Assembly (NCBI GenBank): GCA_965207855.1
Contig: OZ242310.1
Coordinates: 5,128,151 to 5,192,150 of the forward strand
Direction of reading: 5' to 3'
DNA: 64,000 bases
Source of the DNA: Candidatus Poribacteria bacterium
Lineage (GTDB): Bacteria; Poribacteria; WGA-4E; WGA-3G
In this document: in pieces, positions 11,281-22,061 of the stretch
Layout of the letters: each line of letters starts with the position of its first letter
Position numbering within the stretch: position 1 is the first letter of the stretch
The notes under the pieces: generated by a model
Databases searched by the model: none
The model's input: the letters and a program-made list of their open reading frames with translations, nothing else
What the model was told of the DNA's origin: nothing
Program-made: the position numbers and the translations under genes

Positions 11281-12039
11281 TTAAATCGGAAATTGATGAT
11301 TGCCAGCGGTTAGCCCGCCATCAATGACGAAAACTGCGCCCGTTGCGAAACTTGCCTCATCGGAGGCGAGGAAAAGGGCAGCGTTGGCGATGTCAACGGG
11401 TTGCCCGATGCGTCCGAGCGGATACCACGGCGTGATTTCGTCCAAGATGTTTGGGTTGCGTTCAATCATCGGTTCCCAAACTTCGGTCTGAATTGTTCCG
11501 GGACAGATACAGTTGATACGTATGTTGTCTTTACCGTGCGCGACTGCCATAGAGCGGGTCAGTGCGATAACGCCACCTTTCGCAGCAGAATAGGCGTGAA
11601 TCGCCTGTAACCCGATAAGCCCGTTGACTGAGGCAATGTTGACAATGCTACCGTCACCACGCTTTTGCATGACAGGAATGACGGTGTTGGAACAGTGGCT
11701 GGTGCCTCGGAGTGCGACTGCCAAATTTGCCTCCCAGTTGTTGTTGAGCACATCGGCTGTCGAACAGATGGCGTTGTTCACAAGGATGTCAACTGTGTCG
11801 TAGGTATCAACAGCCTTCGTGATGAGTCGTTCTGCCTCGGTAGCATCAGAGACATCGGCGTTGACAAATAGTGCCTCGCCGCCTGCATCGGTTATGGCAG
11901 AGACAGTTGACGTTCCAGTGGCATCGTTTATATCATTAACAAGGACTTTGGCTCCCTCTTCGGCGAACCGTAGGGCTACGGCTCTGCCGATACCTCGACC
12001 AGCTCCTGTGACAATGGCAATTTTATTATTTAACCGCAT
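11281..12039 (-). CDS. SDR-family short-chain dehydrogenase/reductase
   Basis: [12 protein letters not shown] Rossmann motif; catalytic YSAAK; 252 aa. Confidence 0.9.
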   Translation of the reverse strand: MRLNNKIAIVTGAGRGIGRAVALRFAEEGAKVLVNDINDATGTSTVSAITDAGGEALFVNADVSDATEAERLITKAVDTYDTVDILVNNAICSTADVLNNNWEANLAVALRGTSHCSNTVIPVMQKRGDGSIVNIASVNGLIGLQAIHAYSAAKGGVIALTRSMAVAHGKDNIRINCICPGTIQTEVWEPMIERNPNILDEITPWYPLGRIGQPVDIANAALFLASDEASFATGAVFVIDGGLTAGNHQFPI

Positions 12040-12076
12040 CTACTTTTGACCTACATCTTTTTCGTGAAAGTGAAAA

Positions 12077-12103
12077 GTCGCGAGCAAAGCTCGCTCCTAC
12101 AAG
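12077..12103. repeat. GCGAGC-N3-GCTCGC hairpin box with CTCCTACAAG tail
   Basis: GTCGCGAGCAAAGCTCGCTCCTACAAG; second copy GTCGCGAGCACAGCTCGCTCCTACAG at 41978..42003; tail-only copy CTCGCTCCTACAACTG at about 24381..24397. Confidence 0.7.
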
Positions 12104-12124
12104 AAGATACTCTCGTATATTTTC

Positions 12125-12886
12125 CTAATGTTGCAATGTTTGTGAAATAAAAAGTTTCGTGCGTTCGTGCTGTGGGTTATCAAAGAAATCTGCGGGTGCT
12201 GCCTCCTCAACGATTAGTCCCTCATCAAAAAATAGGACTCGGTCAGCGACTTCACGGGCAAAACCCATCTCGTGGGTAACAACAAGCATCGTCATGCCAG
12301 AGTGTGCTAACTCACGCATCACATCAAGGACCTCTGTAATCATCTCCGGGTCAAGCGCACTTGTCGGCTCATCGAAGAGCATAATCTTGGGTTCCATGGC
12401 TAAGGCTCTTGCGATTGCGACGCGCTGTTGCTGTCCACCCGAAATTTCTGCGGGGTACTTGTCCGCTTGGTCTGCAATATTGACACGTTCTAAGAGTGCT
12501 AAAGCCTGCGATTCTGCTTCGCTCTTGGGTATCTTTCTGACCCGGATGGGCCCTAATGTTATATTCTGCAGATTCGTCAGGTGCGGAAACAGGTTGAATT
12601 GTTGAAAGACCATACCGACCTCGCGGCGGATAAGGTCGATATTACGGAGGTCATTGGTGAGTTCAATTCCGTCAACGACAATTTTGCCGCGTTGATGTTC
12701 CTCAAGTCGGTTCAGCGTCCTGATGAACGTGGACTTCCCTGAACCGGAGGGACCGCAGATCACAGCACGCTCGCCTTTTTGGAACGAGGTTGTAACACCT
12801 TTAAGGACATGGAAATCGTCAAACCATTTGTGTACATCCTCGCAGACAATAATAGGATCGTTTGTTGCGTTTTCAAGAGTAGCCAT
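12125..12886 (-). CDS. amino-acid ABC transporter ATP-binding protein (AapP/GlnQ-like)
   Basis: Walker [10 protein letters not shown]; [16 protein letters not shown]; 253 aa polar amino-acid ABC ATPase architecture. Confidence 0.9.
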   Translation of the reverse strand: MATLENATNDPIIVCEDVHKWFDDFHVLKGVTTSFQKGERAVICGPSGSGKSTFIRTLNRLEEHQRGKIVVDGIELTNDLRNIDLIRREVGMVFQQFNLFPHLTNLQNITLGPIRVRKIPKSEAESQALALLERVNIADQADKYPAEISGGQQQRVAIARALAMEPKIMLFDEPTSALDPEMITEVLDVMRELAHSGMTMLVVTHEMGFAREVADRVLFFDEGLIVEEAAPADFFDNPQHERTKLFISQTLQH

Positions 12887-12969
12887 TTTTTTAAATCCGT
12901 TGTGGTATCGGGGTTCAAACCCCGCCTACAGTGTATTGCAGAAAATCGGGTGGGGCAACCCCGCCCCTA

Positions 12970-14187
12970 CTACAAGTTTTTTCCAACACCGAGCGCTTCT
13001 TCAACTTTTTGGCTGACGTAGGACATTGAATAACTAAAAACAAAATAGATGACGGCAACAAAGATATATACCTCGGCTTGCAATCCGAGCCAATCGGGGT
13101 TTGCGATAACGCTTTTCGCAATGCCCAAGAGATCGAGTAACCCGACGATGGTAACGAGTGATGTATCCTTGAAGAGTGCTATGAATTGCCCAACAATCGC
13201 CGGTATAACAGAACGGAGGGCTTGTGGCAAAACGATAAATAGCATTGTCAGTGGATAGTTGAGTCCAACTGCTTGTGCGGCTTCATATTGTCCCCTCGGA
13301 ATCGCTTGAAGTCCGCCCCGGACGTTCTCCGCCATGTAAGCCGCAGAGAAGAGTGTTATCCCCAGCATCGCTCGCAGAACTTTATCAAGGCGGATATTGT
13401 CGGGCATAAAAATCGGGATCACGACCTGTGCCATAAACAGGATTGTGACCAACGGTACGCCGCGAACTATCTCAATATAGGCGGTTGAAACCCATTTAAC
13501 AGCAGGTAAAGTGCTCCGTCTTCCGAGTGCGAGTAGGACACCGAGCGGAAAACAGAAACAGATACCGACAGCTGCGAGAATCAGCGTAAGCAGCAATCCA
13601 CCCCAATTTGTTGTGAGGACGACATTCTCGCCGAAACCGTGTAGCATTATGAGGGTCCACGGAAAAGAGAATAACCATCCAACGAGGACCCAGCGGCGTA
13701 TCTTCGGAAATACGCCTGCGCTACGGCTCCCAAGAAAGAGAAAGACTGCGAGCAGGACGACCGCGCCGAGTATCCATCCGCGCGTCGCCCAACCAAAGGT
13801 TGGTATACCCATCGATAGAAGTGCAATTATGATCCCAACGCCTCCGATGCCGACAGCAAACCTGAGTGTCAATCCACCCCAAATTCCGCCACTCAAACCT
13901 GCCAACGCGCAGACGGTATAAAGGACGATCCAAACGCGCCAGACTTCGGCTATAGGATAGGCACCAATCGCAAAAAGTTGCAGATTCGCCGGGATAACGC
14001 CCCACGTCGCATCCGTGAACGCCCAGACCAAAATGCCCTTCAAAAGGAGGTATACACAGCCGAGAGTGACAAGGGTTAAGAGCGTGTTGTACCATGTGCT
14101 AAAGAGGTTTTCTTTAATCCACGCTAAAACACCTTTTGAACTCTTAGGCGGTCTAATTTCTTCTGTAAACTGTGATTCAGGTACCAT
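12970..14187 (-). CDS. amino-acid ABC transporter permease (AapM/YhdY-like)
   Basis: 405 aa polytopic membrane protein; EAA-loop-like region; operonic with ATPase and second permease. Confidence 0.8.
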   Translation of the reverse strand: MVPESQFTEEIRPPKSSKGVLAWIKENLFSTWYNTLLTLVTLGCVYLLLKGILVWAFTDATWGVIPANLQLFAIGAYPIAEVWRVWIVLYTVCALAGLSGGIWGGLTLRFAVGIGGVGIIIALLSMGIPTFGWATRGWILGAVVLLAVFLFLGSRSAGVFPKIRRWVLVGWLFSFPWTLIMLHGFGENVVLTTNWGGLLLTLILAAVGICFCFPLGVLLALGRRSTLPAVKWVSTAYIEIVRGVPLVTILFMAQVVIPIFMPDNIRLDKVLRAMLGITLFSAAYMAENVRGGLQAIPRGQYEAAQAVGLNYPLTMLFIVLPQALRSVIPAIVGQFIALFKDTSLVTIVGLLDLLGIAKSVIANPDWLGLQAEVYIFVAVIYFVFSYSMSYVSQKVEEALGVGKNL

Positions 14188-14252
14188 AGATATTGTTCGT
14201 TAGAAGAAGAGCCACAGCCTAACAGGCTATGCTACAACTATAGGTTTTTTCG

Positions 14253-15422
14253 TCATCGTCTAACACGGTTAATCCAGCGATTGTACCAATTCATAGCCGC
14301 CGATGTTGTCAAACTCATAATCAAATAACTCACCATAATCATTGCAAACACAGGTATGGATTGCCCCGTTTGGAGCATCATCGTGTTACCAATGCTGAAC
14401 ACATCTGGGAAACCGATAGCAATCGCTAAGCTTGAGTTTTTGGCGAGGTTGAGGTACTGACTCGTGAGCGGCGGTACGATGATCGGGACGGCTTGCGGTA
14501 GAACAACTAACTGCAGGGTTTGTGCTTCGCTTAATCCGACAGCTTTCGCAGCCTCGCGTTGCCCTTTCACAACGGCTTGTATGCCACTTCTCACGACTTC
14601 AGCGATGAAGGCTCCCGTATAAACAGAAAGCCCGATTAAAAGTGCGGAGAATTCAGGGGATAAACTGATGCCACCAACGAAGTTAAAACCTCTCAAAACA
14701 GGTGGGTCGAGTCTGAACGGCTTTTCTGGGGTCAGAAACCACCCGATCAGTGCAATGATTAGGAAAGCAGGGAGTGCCCACTTGGCACGAAATCCAGGCA
14801 TCTCGAGTTGGCGAAGTTGTCTCGCACGTAGGACATAGAGAATTGCAGCTACGATAAGACCTACGAGAAGATAGACACTCCATACCTTGAAACCCGAAGT
14901 CGGTTCAGGTGAAGGGAGGTAGACCCCGCGCTGGTTAATGAAAACATCTCCAAATAGTGAGATACTGTCTCGAACTCTCGGCAGTTGAAGGATGACGGCA
15001 GTATACCAAAATAGTATCTGGAGTAGAAGGGGAACGTTTCGGAAACACTCGACATAGACAGCAGCAACAGTTCGGATAAGCCAATTGCTCGAAAGGCGAG
15101 AAATACCAACAATGAGCCCCAGAACTGTTGCACATACAATTCCTATGAGACTCACTTTTAGGGTGTTCACCACTCCTACCCAAAATGCCTTAAGATAGGT
15201 ATCTGAAGGCGCGTATTCAATCCCTTCAGAAATATCAAATCCGGCTTCATTCTCCAGAAATTCGAGATTCAGCGTTAGCCCAAGGTTGTTCAATCCCCTG
15301 AGCATATTCATGTAGAGGATACCCGCTAAGAGGAGAACACCTATAAGAAAAAGGACTTGGAGTAGCACGCGTAGGACGCGAACATCTCGCCAGAAAGGAA
15401 TTGTCGTAGAATTTAGTGCCAT
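14253..15422 (-). CDS. amino-acid ABC transporter permease (AapQ/YhdX-like)
   Basis: 389 aa polytopic membrane protein, same operon. Confidence 0.8.
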   Translation of the reverse strand: MALNSTTIPFWRDVRVLRVLLQVLFLIGVLLLAGILYMNMLRGLNNLGLTLNLEFLENEAGFDISEGIEYAPSDTYLKAFWVGVVNTLKVSLIGIVCATVLGLIVGISRLSSNWLIRTVAAVYVECFRNVPLLLQILFWYTAVILQLPRVRDSISLFGDVFINQRGVYLPSPEPTSGFKVWSVYLLVGLIVAAILYVLRARQLRQLEMPGFRAKWALPAFLIIALIGWFLTPEKPFRLDPPVLRGFNFVGGISLSPEFSALLIGLSVYTGAFIAEVVRSGIQAVVKGQREAAKAVGLSEAQTLQLVVLPQAVPIIVPPLTSQYLNLAKNSSLAIAIGFPDVFSIGNTMMLQTGQSIPVFAMIMVSYLIMSLTTSAAMNWYNRWINRVRR

Positions 15423-15576
15423 TTTTTAATAGTTGTCAGTCGTCAGCAGTCAGTGGCTCATCGTGGTAGTTGTCAACACTTTCACCTACCACAACGTTCT
15501 TTGACTGTCAATTGGCTGCTGACAACCGATAGCCATTGAAGCATTTACCTCAGTCTGCCGTATAGTGATGCTTCCG

Positions 15577-16638
15577 CTAACGGAACGGCATTGCGTAGAG
15601 GAGTCCGCCTTGCGTCCACGACTTATTGACCCCGCGGGGTAGCCCCAGGGGTGTGAGGTTGCGTTCAAAGATTTCACCGTAGTTGCCGACAGCCGAAACG
15701 ACTTGATGCGCCCAATCCTTTGACAAACCGAGTTTTTCTCCGATATCGCCGGTTTTGCCTAAGAAGCGTTGGATTTCTGGGTTCTGGGTTTCAAAAGTAC
15801 TGGCATTGGCTTGTGTAATGCCGTGTTCTTCAGCGAAAAAGGTAGCGTAAACGGTCCAGCTCACGACATCGTTCCACTTATTATCACCATGGACGGTAAC
15901 AGGTCCGAGGGGTTCCTTTGAGATGGTCGCCTCAAGTATAATATGCGCCTCTGGATCTTTGAGAACTTGGCGCCGTGCGACCAACTGAGATTTATCAGAG
16001 GTTACAACATCACACCGCCCCTGTTCGTAACTGTTGTAGAGCGTATCAATTTCTTCAAAAACAACGGGGTTGAAATCAACACCCAAAGCCCGCATCGTGT
16101 CTGTTAAGTTCAACTCAGTGGTGCTACCTGCCGTCACACCGATACTTGCGCCTGCCAATTCCTCCAGCGAAGTGACACCGAGTTCTTTCGGGAGCATAAA
16201 TCCCTGCCCATCATAAAAGGTTGGGGGTGCGAAATCCGCGCCGACTTGGGTATCGCGCGTAAGCGTCCACGTTGTATTTCGGATCAAGACATCTATTTCG
16301 CCTGTCTGTAAGGCGGGAAAACGCTCAGGTGCTTTCAAGGGAACGAATTCTACTTTGCTGGGATCACCGAGCACAGCGGCAGCAATCGCTCTCCCATAAT
16401 CCACATCAAAGCCGGTCCATTCACCATTTTCATTGAGGAATCCAAAGCCGGGCAGGCTACCGTGTACCCCACAAATTAACCGTCCTCTGTTTTTAACTCT
16501 GTCCAAAACGCCGTCTTCGCTGCTCGCGAGTAGCGGCATCATCAACGAAGTCACTAAAATTAATACGAAAACACGAAACAAAAATTTGTGCACAAAAAAA
16601 TCCTCTCTTTTTGGTGTGACCGCTATCGCAGCGGTCAT
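15577..16638 (-). CDS. amino-acid ABC transporter periplasmic substrate-binding protein (AapJ-like)
   Basis: 353 aa; N-terminal hydrophobic signal; first gene of the J-Q-M-P order typical of general L-amino-acid transporters. Confidence 0.75.
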   Translation of the reverse strand: MTAAIAVTPKREDFFVHKFLFRVFVLILVTSLMMPLLASSEDGVLDRVKNRGRLICGVHGSLPGFGFLNENGEWTGFDVDYGRAIAAAVLGDPSKVEFVPLKAPERFPALQTGEIDVLIRNTTWTLTRDTQVGADFAPPTFYDGQGFMLPKELGVTSLEELAGASIGVTAGSTTELNLTDTMRALGVDFNPVVFEEIDTLYNSYEQGRCDVVTSDKSQLVARRQVLKDPEAHIILEATISKEPLGPVTVHGDNKWNDVVSWTVYATFFAEEHGITQANASTFETQNPEIQRFLGKTGDIGEKLGLSKDWAHQVVSAVGNYGEIFERNLTPLGLPRGVNKSWTQGGLLYAMPFR

Positions 16639-16861
16639 TGTAAGGAAGTATGTTGATTAAGGTTTTTTATTTTCATTCGGTCCATCTTTATACATTTTAT
16701 CAAACTGTGGTTATGCTGTCAAGGGAATTAATCCTGCCCTATTTCGTGCAATTGGTTATAAAGAATGTCCCATTTGGGGCAGTAATTTCTGGTTCAGTTT
16801 GCCAAGTGTTCTGTCCAGTGCTTTTCAGATCGGCACAAAATTTGCTGCATTAAACTGCACT

Positions 16862-16896
16862 TGACACATTTCAAGAGCCGTGCTAACATAGTTGAA
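16862..16896 (+). promoter_or_regulatory. sigma70-type promoter candidate for the TPR gene
   Basis: TTGACA, 17-nt spacer, TAACAT, about 25 nt upstream of RBS AAGGAGA and ATG at 16923. Confidence 0.4.
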
Positions 16897-16922
16897 ATAA
16901 ATACTCGCCAAGGAGAAAAGAG

Positions 16923-18161
16923 ATGAAACAGTTCATAATCGCAGAAATTTGTATTATTGTCGCCCTTGCTGGCGGATTCTGGTTGGGGCGCGTCACAAAC
17001 AAGAGTGAAAGTTATGCCCACTATTACGACAACGCTGACAAAGCTTGGACAGAAGCACAGACGCTCGACAATCCACCTATAACATTAGATGAGCCAGACA
17101 AAAACCGTTTGCGAAAAGTCCGCGCTGCTTATCGTGAAGTTTTTGAAAAATACCCTGACAGCCTCTGGGCAGATGATGCGATCTATCAACTCGCCTCCCG
17201 TATCCCACGTACAGATGAAGAGGCTTTTGCGCTCTTTCGCCGACTCATCAACAATTATCCGGACAGTGAGTTGGCAGACGATTCGATGTACGCCATTGCT
17301 TTTGCCTCTTACCAGATTGCGGAGGAGTTAAAACGGACAGGGACACTTGAATCACTTGCGGCATATTACGACCGCGCTCTCACACTTTATAATCAATTAA
17401 TTGCGGCGTATCCAGGGAGTGAACTGTCGGAACAGGCGCAGTTTAACACGGCGATGTGCTACTACGGCAAAGGTGAATTGAATATCGCGCTCGCACAACT
17501 GGATGCGCTCCGGGAACCCTTCAGCGATAGTCCCCTTCTCTACCAGATTCTGTACGTTACTGGCGAAATTTATCTCAAGAAGCAAGAATACGAAAATGCG
17601 CGAGTGGAATTCACAAACGTCGTTGATTCGGGTGATCCTATCTTGGCACCGCTTGCGAGTTTCGGTATCGCGCAGACCTATCTCGCGGAAGGTACATACG
17701 AGGAGGCGGTAGCAGCCTATCAAACGGTTATCGATTTGTATCCAGACTCGAAAGCCGGGCAAGATGCGCACTTCTATAGGGGATGGGCTTATGAAAGACT
17801 CGGTAAGTATGACGAAGCGATCGCCCAACTTGAAACAGCGATCGATTTGTATCCGCGCAACGAAAATGCTGCTAATTCGCAAATTTATGTTGGACAAATC
17901 GCCTACGCCAACAACGATATGGCGAGTGCTATTGAGGCGTATCAGAAGGTCGCCGATAACAGCACTTATGATTACGACAACCGTCGTCAAGCGCAATATT
18001 GGGTTGGCAAAATCTATGAAGACAACGGTGACACGGAGTTAGCGGTTGAGGCATATCGGAAATTACTCACCCAATTTTCGGAACCACATAAAGAAGGCGC
18101 GCACCCTTCAAACAGTATCAGCGAAACGTATATTCAGAACTTAAGGGGTACAGGACTCTAA
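16923..18161 (+). CDS. TPR-repeat protein (YbgF/CpoB-like, N-terminal membrane anchor)
   Basis: 412 aa; N-terminal hydrophobic helix; multiple 34-aa TPR-like repeats (YPDS...AIYQLA, YPDSELADDS, YPGSELSEQAQF, YPDSKAGQDAHF). Confidence 0.8.
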   Translation: MKQFIIAEICIIVALAGGFWLGRVTNKSESYAHYYDNADKAWTEAQTLDNPPITLDEPDKNRLRKVRAAYREVFEKYPDSLWADDAIYQLASRIPRTDEEAFALFRRLINNYPDSELADDSMYAIAFASYQIAEELKRTGTLESLAAYYDRALTLYNQLIAAYPGSELSEQAQFNTAMCYYGKGELNIALAQLDALREPFSDSPLLYQILYVTGEIYLKKQEYENARVEFTNVVDSGDPILAPLASFGIAQTYLAEGTYEEAVAAYQTVIDLYPDSKAGQDAHFYRGWAYERLGKYDEAIAQLETAIDLYPRNENAANSQIYVGQIAYANNDMASAIEAYQKVADNSTYDYDNRRQAQYWVGKIYEDNGDTELAVEAYRKLLTQFSEPHKEGAHPSNSISETYIQNLRGTGL

Positions 18162-19346
18162 GGCTTGTGCTAAGTCTGCGAGAATATCCGCAACATCTTC
18201 AAGCCCAACCGAGATTCTGACCAAGCCATCTGTAACGCCGGTGCGGTGTCTAATCTCCGCGGGTACATGTGAATGCGTTGTTGAGGCAGGATGGCAAATG
18301 AGGGTGCGTACGTCGCCCAAACTGACGGCGAGTGAGCAGAGTTGAAGTTGATCGACAAGGCTTTCACCGGCAGCGTGTCCACCTTTCAGTTCCATCGTTA
18401 TCATACCCCCGAAGGCATCCATTTGGGCCTTGGCGAGTTCGTGTTGTGGGTGGCTGCGCAGACCGGGATAACAGACCCGTGCCACTGCTGGGTGCGCCTC
18501 AAGGAACGCCGCGAGGCGTCCAGCATTTTCACAGTGTCGTGTATAGCGCAACGGTAGCGTCGCGATGCCGTGCAGCGTTAGCCACGCATTGAACGGACTG
18601 ATGACCGCTCCAAAGTTGCGTAACGCCCCTTCTTTGGCACGCGTAATGAACACCTTTTCTCCGACAATCGCACCGGCGATAACTGCCCCGTTGCCGCTGA
18701 GATACTTTGTCATACTATGAACGACGACATCGATACCGAGTGGAATCGGTTGCTGTCCGCACGGCGTTGAAAATGTGTTGTCGATAATTGAGGTTACGCC
18801 GTGTGCTTTCGCGATCTCGGCAGCCTTTCGCAAGTCAACCAGTTTTAAGAGCGGATTTGTCGGACTTTCAAGATAGAGCACCTTTGTATCCGTTCTGATG
18901 GCGCGTTCAATTTGCGCCGGATCTGTGGCATCAACAAATGTTGTTTCGACCCCGAACCGCCGAAGGTCTTCATTGAGGATTTGGAAGGTAGCGGAATAGA
19001 GATTTTCCATAGCGACCACATGCCCGCCATCGGCTAAAGCAGTAAGGAGTGCAACGCTGATGGCCCCCATTCCCGATGCTGTTGCGAGTGCGGCTTCACC
19101 GCCTTCAAGGACAGCGAGCTTCTCCTCTAATATATCTTGTGTCGGATTGCCCCAGCGGGTATAGACGTAACCACTTTCTTCGTCTCGGAATGCTTCCGCA
19201 CATTCAGCAGCTGTTGCGAACCGGAACGTGCTGTTTTGATAGATGGGTGGTAATAGTGGGGTTCCACTTTTTTCGGTGGTGTCTTTTGAGGTTTCACCCG
19301 CATGGATGGCTTGGGTTGTTTTACCTAAATTCTTCTGAGATGTCAT
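18141..19346 (-). CDS. PLP-dependent Cys/Met-metabolism enzyme (methionine gamma-lyase / O-acetylhomoserine sulfhydrylase family)
   Basis: 401 aa; HSMTKYLSGNG with PLP-lysine; family length; 21-nt convergent overlap with the TPR gene end. Confidence 0.85.
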   Translation of the reverse strand: MTSQKNLGKTTQAIHAGETSKDTTEKSGTPLLPPIYQNSTFRFATAAECAEAFRDEESGYVYTRWGNPTQDILEEKLAVLEGGEAALATASGMGAISVALLTALADGGHVVAMENLYSATFQILNEDLRRFGVETTFVDATDPAQIERAIRTDTKVLYLESPTNPLLKLVDLRKAAEIAKAHGVTSIIDNTFSTPCGQQPIPLGIDVVVHSMTKYLSGNGAVIAGAIVGEKVFITRAKEGALRNFGAVISPFNAWLTLHGIATLPLRYTRHCENAGRLAAFLEAHPAVARVCYPGLRSHPQHELAKAQMDAFGGMITMELKGGHAAGESLVDQLQLCSLAVSLGDVRTLICHPASTTHSHVPAEIRHRTGVTDGLVRISVGLEDVADILADLAQALESCTP

Positions 19347-19877
19347 TCAAGAAAACTCCTTTTGATAACCTTCAAGTGCCAACAATTGGCGTTTCCGCTC
19401 TATACCACCGCCGTAGCCCCCCAATGTCCCGTCGCTTCTAATGACCCGATGACACGGTATGAAAATAGAAACAGCATTTGCCCCGACTGCACTGCCGACA
19501 GCCCTCACAGCCTTCGGGTTCCCTATTTCTTCGGCGATCCATCTGTAGCTGCGTACCTCTCCATGAGGAATCTGTCGGATAGCATCCCAGACCTCGTTTT
19601 GGAAGGGAGTTCCGCCCTCTACTCGGACCGGGAGCGTGGCGGTATCAAACGGTTGACCGGCAAAATATCGGTCAAGCAGCACCTCCATACGAGTCAGCAC
19701 GGGATACTGAACTCGAAGGTGGGAGGGTTCATCGCATGGAAAGTCATCGGTAAAGAACAGATGTGAAATGTAATCCTGATCTGCCGCAACTATACCGATA
19801 GGTCCGATTGGAGACGCGTAGGCAATAGCCCGCGAAGCAAAGTCATCTTGTTTAGGAAATGTTTTCAATGGATTCAT
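19347..19877 (-). CDS. ogt: methylated-DNA-protein-cysteine methyltransferase
   Basis: 176 aa; active-site IPCHRVI motif; C-terminal HTH-like region. Confidence 0.85.
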   Translation of the reverse strand: MNPLKTFPKQDDFASRAIAYASPIGPIGIVAADQDYISHLFFTDDFPCDEPSHLRVQYPVLTRMEVLLDRYFAGQPFDTATLPVRVEGGTPFQNEVWDAIRQIPHGEVRSYRWIAEEIGNPKAVRAVGSAVGANAVSIFIPCHRVIRSDGTLGGYGGGIERKRQLLALEGYQKEFS

Positions 19878-19929
19878 TTTTTTTAATTTGACCTCCAGTC
19901 TGTTATTATGCTATGTTATAGCGTAAATT

Positions 19930-20328
19930 ATGGCTATATTTGAAGCACCTGACCAACTTTACAGTTATATCAGTGAACTCTTTGAAGAAATCGCCACGCT
20001 CCCAGAAGCACAAGCGGCACTCAAGTCGTTGAACCTGCGTGTTCAGTTCAACTACACCCAACCCGACTGCACAATGACGCTAACGGCAGCGAATGGCGAA
20101 TGGACAATTGTTCGCGGTATCGGCGAAGATACTGACCCAGATGTTGAACTCACGATGACAGGCGATGTTGCCTACAAATTTTGGACGGGTGAACTCAACG
20201 TCATGGGTGCGCTAACGACGCGTGAGATTGGCGTTATCGGTTCGCTTGGCAAGGTCATGCGCCTCGCGCCTCTCATTAAGACAGCAGTCCGTTATAACCG
20301 TGAACGAGAAACCGGTTGCGATTCATAA
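19930..20328 (+). CDS. SCP2 (sterol-carrier-protein-like) domain protein
   Basis: 132 aa; alpha/beta lipid-binding pattern resembling SCP-2; weak assignment. Confidence 0.4.
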   Translation: MAIFEAPDQLYSYISELFEEIATLPEAQAALKSLNLRVQFNYTQPDCTMTLTAANGEWTIVRGIGEDTDPDVELTMTGDVAYKFWTGELNVMGALTTREIGVIGSLGKVMRLAPLIKTAVRYNRERETGCDS

Positions 20329-20332
20329 CGTT

Positions 20333-20440
20333 AGGACTTACGCAAACTGGACAGATAAAGGACGTTTTTGCTGAAAACGTCGTTATTTCGGTGTTTTTAA
20401 CCGGCTAAATCCCTAACCCCCCATATCCCCCTTATCAGGG
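20333..20440. repeat. degenerate copy of the MITE-like element (left TIR + internal core, right TIR missing)
   Basis: AGGACTTACGCAAACTGG ... TTTTTAACCGGCTAAATCCCTAACCCCCCATATCCCCCTTATCAGGGGGG, immediately before RBS and ATG 20459. Confidence 0.55.
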
Positions 20441-20458
20441 GGGTAGAAGGAGATTTCA

Positions 20459-21250
20459 ATGGAAACTGACACCCTATTAGAGACGATTGAACCTCACGTT
20501 ACACAGTTACGGGAAGAAGGTTGGTGTGTCTTGGAGAACGTTATTCCGGCTGATGTTGTTGCCGCGGTCTGTGAAGAGGTCGAAACATCAGAAACTGACT
20601 ATAACGCGTTCAGCAAAGAGAACGGCAGATGGGAACGCAACGTTATCAGTTTTATGCCGAAATTTGCTGAACATCTCGCGAATGCGCGGCTCCTCGCTGT
20701 TATTCAACAGTTGTTGGGACCGCAAGTACGGATCTCTCAGACGGAATACAAGATTCGTCCACCCCACTATGAATTGGTGCGTGCGTATCACTCTGATTTT
20801 CCTTATGATCTGAACCAGAAATGGCACATTCCACAACCGTTTCCGAGTGCTGTTATTGGTATTACAACGCTCTGGATGCTCTCGGAGTTCACGACGGAAA
20901 ACGGCGGCACCTGGATTGTTCCGAAAACGCACGTAGACCTTCGGAATCCGAGAGGCAAAGCAGACGGTATTGGTGACCGAAACCCCCTTGATGGTGAAAT
21001 GCAAGCCACTGGTGGCGCGGGCAGTGTCCTCATCATGGATAGCCGAATTTGGCACTCTAACGCAGAAAATCCGAGTGCGGGTAAACGAACTGCTGTCGTT
21101 GTTAGATACGCACCGTGGTGGCTCAATTTGGAACTCTTCGGTGTGAATACTGCAACGATTCCGGGCGAGACCTTCGATAAACTACCGGATGATGTTAAAC
21201 TTCTTTACGAACACCGCGCAGAAAACCGTGAACCGACTGTTTGGGTTTGA
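20459..21250 (+). CDS. PhyH-family Fe/2OG dioxygenase (second paralog)
   Basis: 263 aa; HSDFPYD ... WHSNAENPS His/Asp/His arrangement; RBS GAAGGAG upstream. Confidence 0.65.
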   Translation: METDTLLETIEPHVTQLREEGWCVLENVIPADVVAAVCEEVETSETDYNAFSKENGRWERNVISFMPKFAEHLANARLLAVIQQLLGPQVRISQTEYKIRPPHYELVRAYHSDFPYDLNQKWHIPQPFPSAVIGITTLWMLSEFTTENGGTWIVPKTHVDLRNPRGKADGIGDRNPLDGEMQATGGAGSVLIMDSRIWHSNAENPSAGKRTAVVVRYAPWWLNLELFGVNTATIPGETFDKLPDDVKLLYEHRAENREPTVWV

Positions 21251-21360
21251 TTGTCTGAATCAGGATTTACAAGATTATAGAATTTTCAAGATTGTGGACT
21301 TTCTATGATTAACAACAGGCTTTTACAGAATTACTAAATTTTGGACAATTTTGAAAGTAC

Positions 21361-21470
21361 GATAGACATTTCGCCCCGCTGGGGCTTTGGTCCTGGGGAA
21401 ATCGCACGTGCTATAGACATTTCGCCCCGAAATCAACGGTATGAATGCGCGTGTGGCATTCACCGGGGGC
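21361..21470. repeat. composite REP-like repeat (ATAGACATTTCGCCCCG module x2 + AATCAACGGTATGAATGC-hairpin)
   Basis: GATAGACATTTCGCCCCGCTGGGGCTTTGGTCCTGGGG ... TATAGACATTTCGCCCCGAAATCAACGGTATGAATGCGCGTGTGGCATTCACCGGGGG. Confidence 0.75.
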
Positions 21471-21613
21471 TGCTCGTAAGCGCATCCGAGTTTATTTTTC
21501 TGCAAGTTGCGTTTGTGTAAACAACCATGAGAAAAATCGAAAACGCTTTGAAAACTCGGTAGTAAACACGACCAGAATTGTCCAAACGATAAGTAAAAAA
21601 AGGATAATTCCTC

Positions 21614-22042
21614 ATGTCAACAACACTTGTACACATTGGTGTCCGCACGACGGACTTGGAAAAGAGCATCCGCTTTTGGCGCGATGCCCTCGGCTTGCGC
21701 GTCTTTTCAACGATGAACGGCTGCTACGATCTCACGGATGGCTATCATAACTTCCGCGTCTTCCAGCACGGCGGGCCTGACCGTCCGAAGCATGTCGGCG
21801 GTATGTTGGACTATCTACATATCGGTGTGCGTGTCCCGAATTTGCGAGAGGCGGCAGAACGCTGTGAAGACCTCGGTTTTGAGATTACCTGGGAAGGTTT
21901 AGATGGCAGCAAACCTTACGATCCGAACTCGGACGATCTCCCTTCGGTCGCTTTCAAGGTGGAAGACCCAGACGGCATTGTCGTTGATATTACGGAGCAA
22001 GACGACCAGTGGCCAGGGGTCGATATTGCGAGCAAAAGTTGA
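21614..22042 (+). CDS. VOC-family (glyoxalase/bleomycin-resistance/dioxygenase) protein
   Basis: 142 aa; LVHIGVRTTDLEKSIRFWRDALGL VOC N-terminal motif. Confidence 0.75.
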   Translation: MSTTLVHIGVRTTDLEKSIRFWRDALGLRVFSTMNGCYDLTDGYHNFRVFQHGGPDRPKHVGGMLDYLHIGVRVPNLREAAERCEDLGFEITWEGLDGSKPYDPNSDDLPSVAFKVEDPDGIVVDITEQDDQWPGVDIASKS

Positions 22043-22061
22043 ATGGTTGTCGAATTTCCGA

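Noticed and set aside
12080-12100. GCGAGCAAAGCTCGC hairpin as a rho-independent terminator of the aapP-like gene.
   Set aside because: No U/T tract follows on either strand. It is better treated as a member of the dispersed hairpin-box family.
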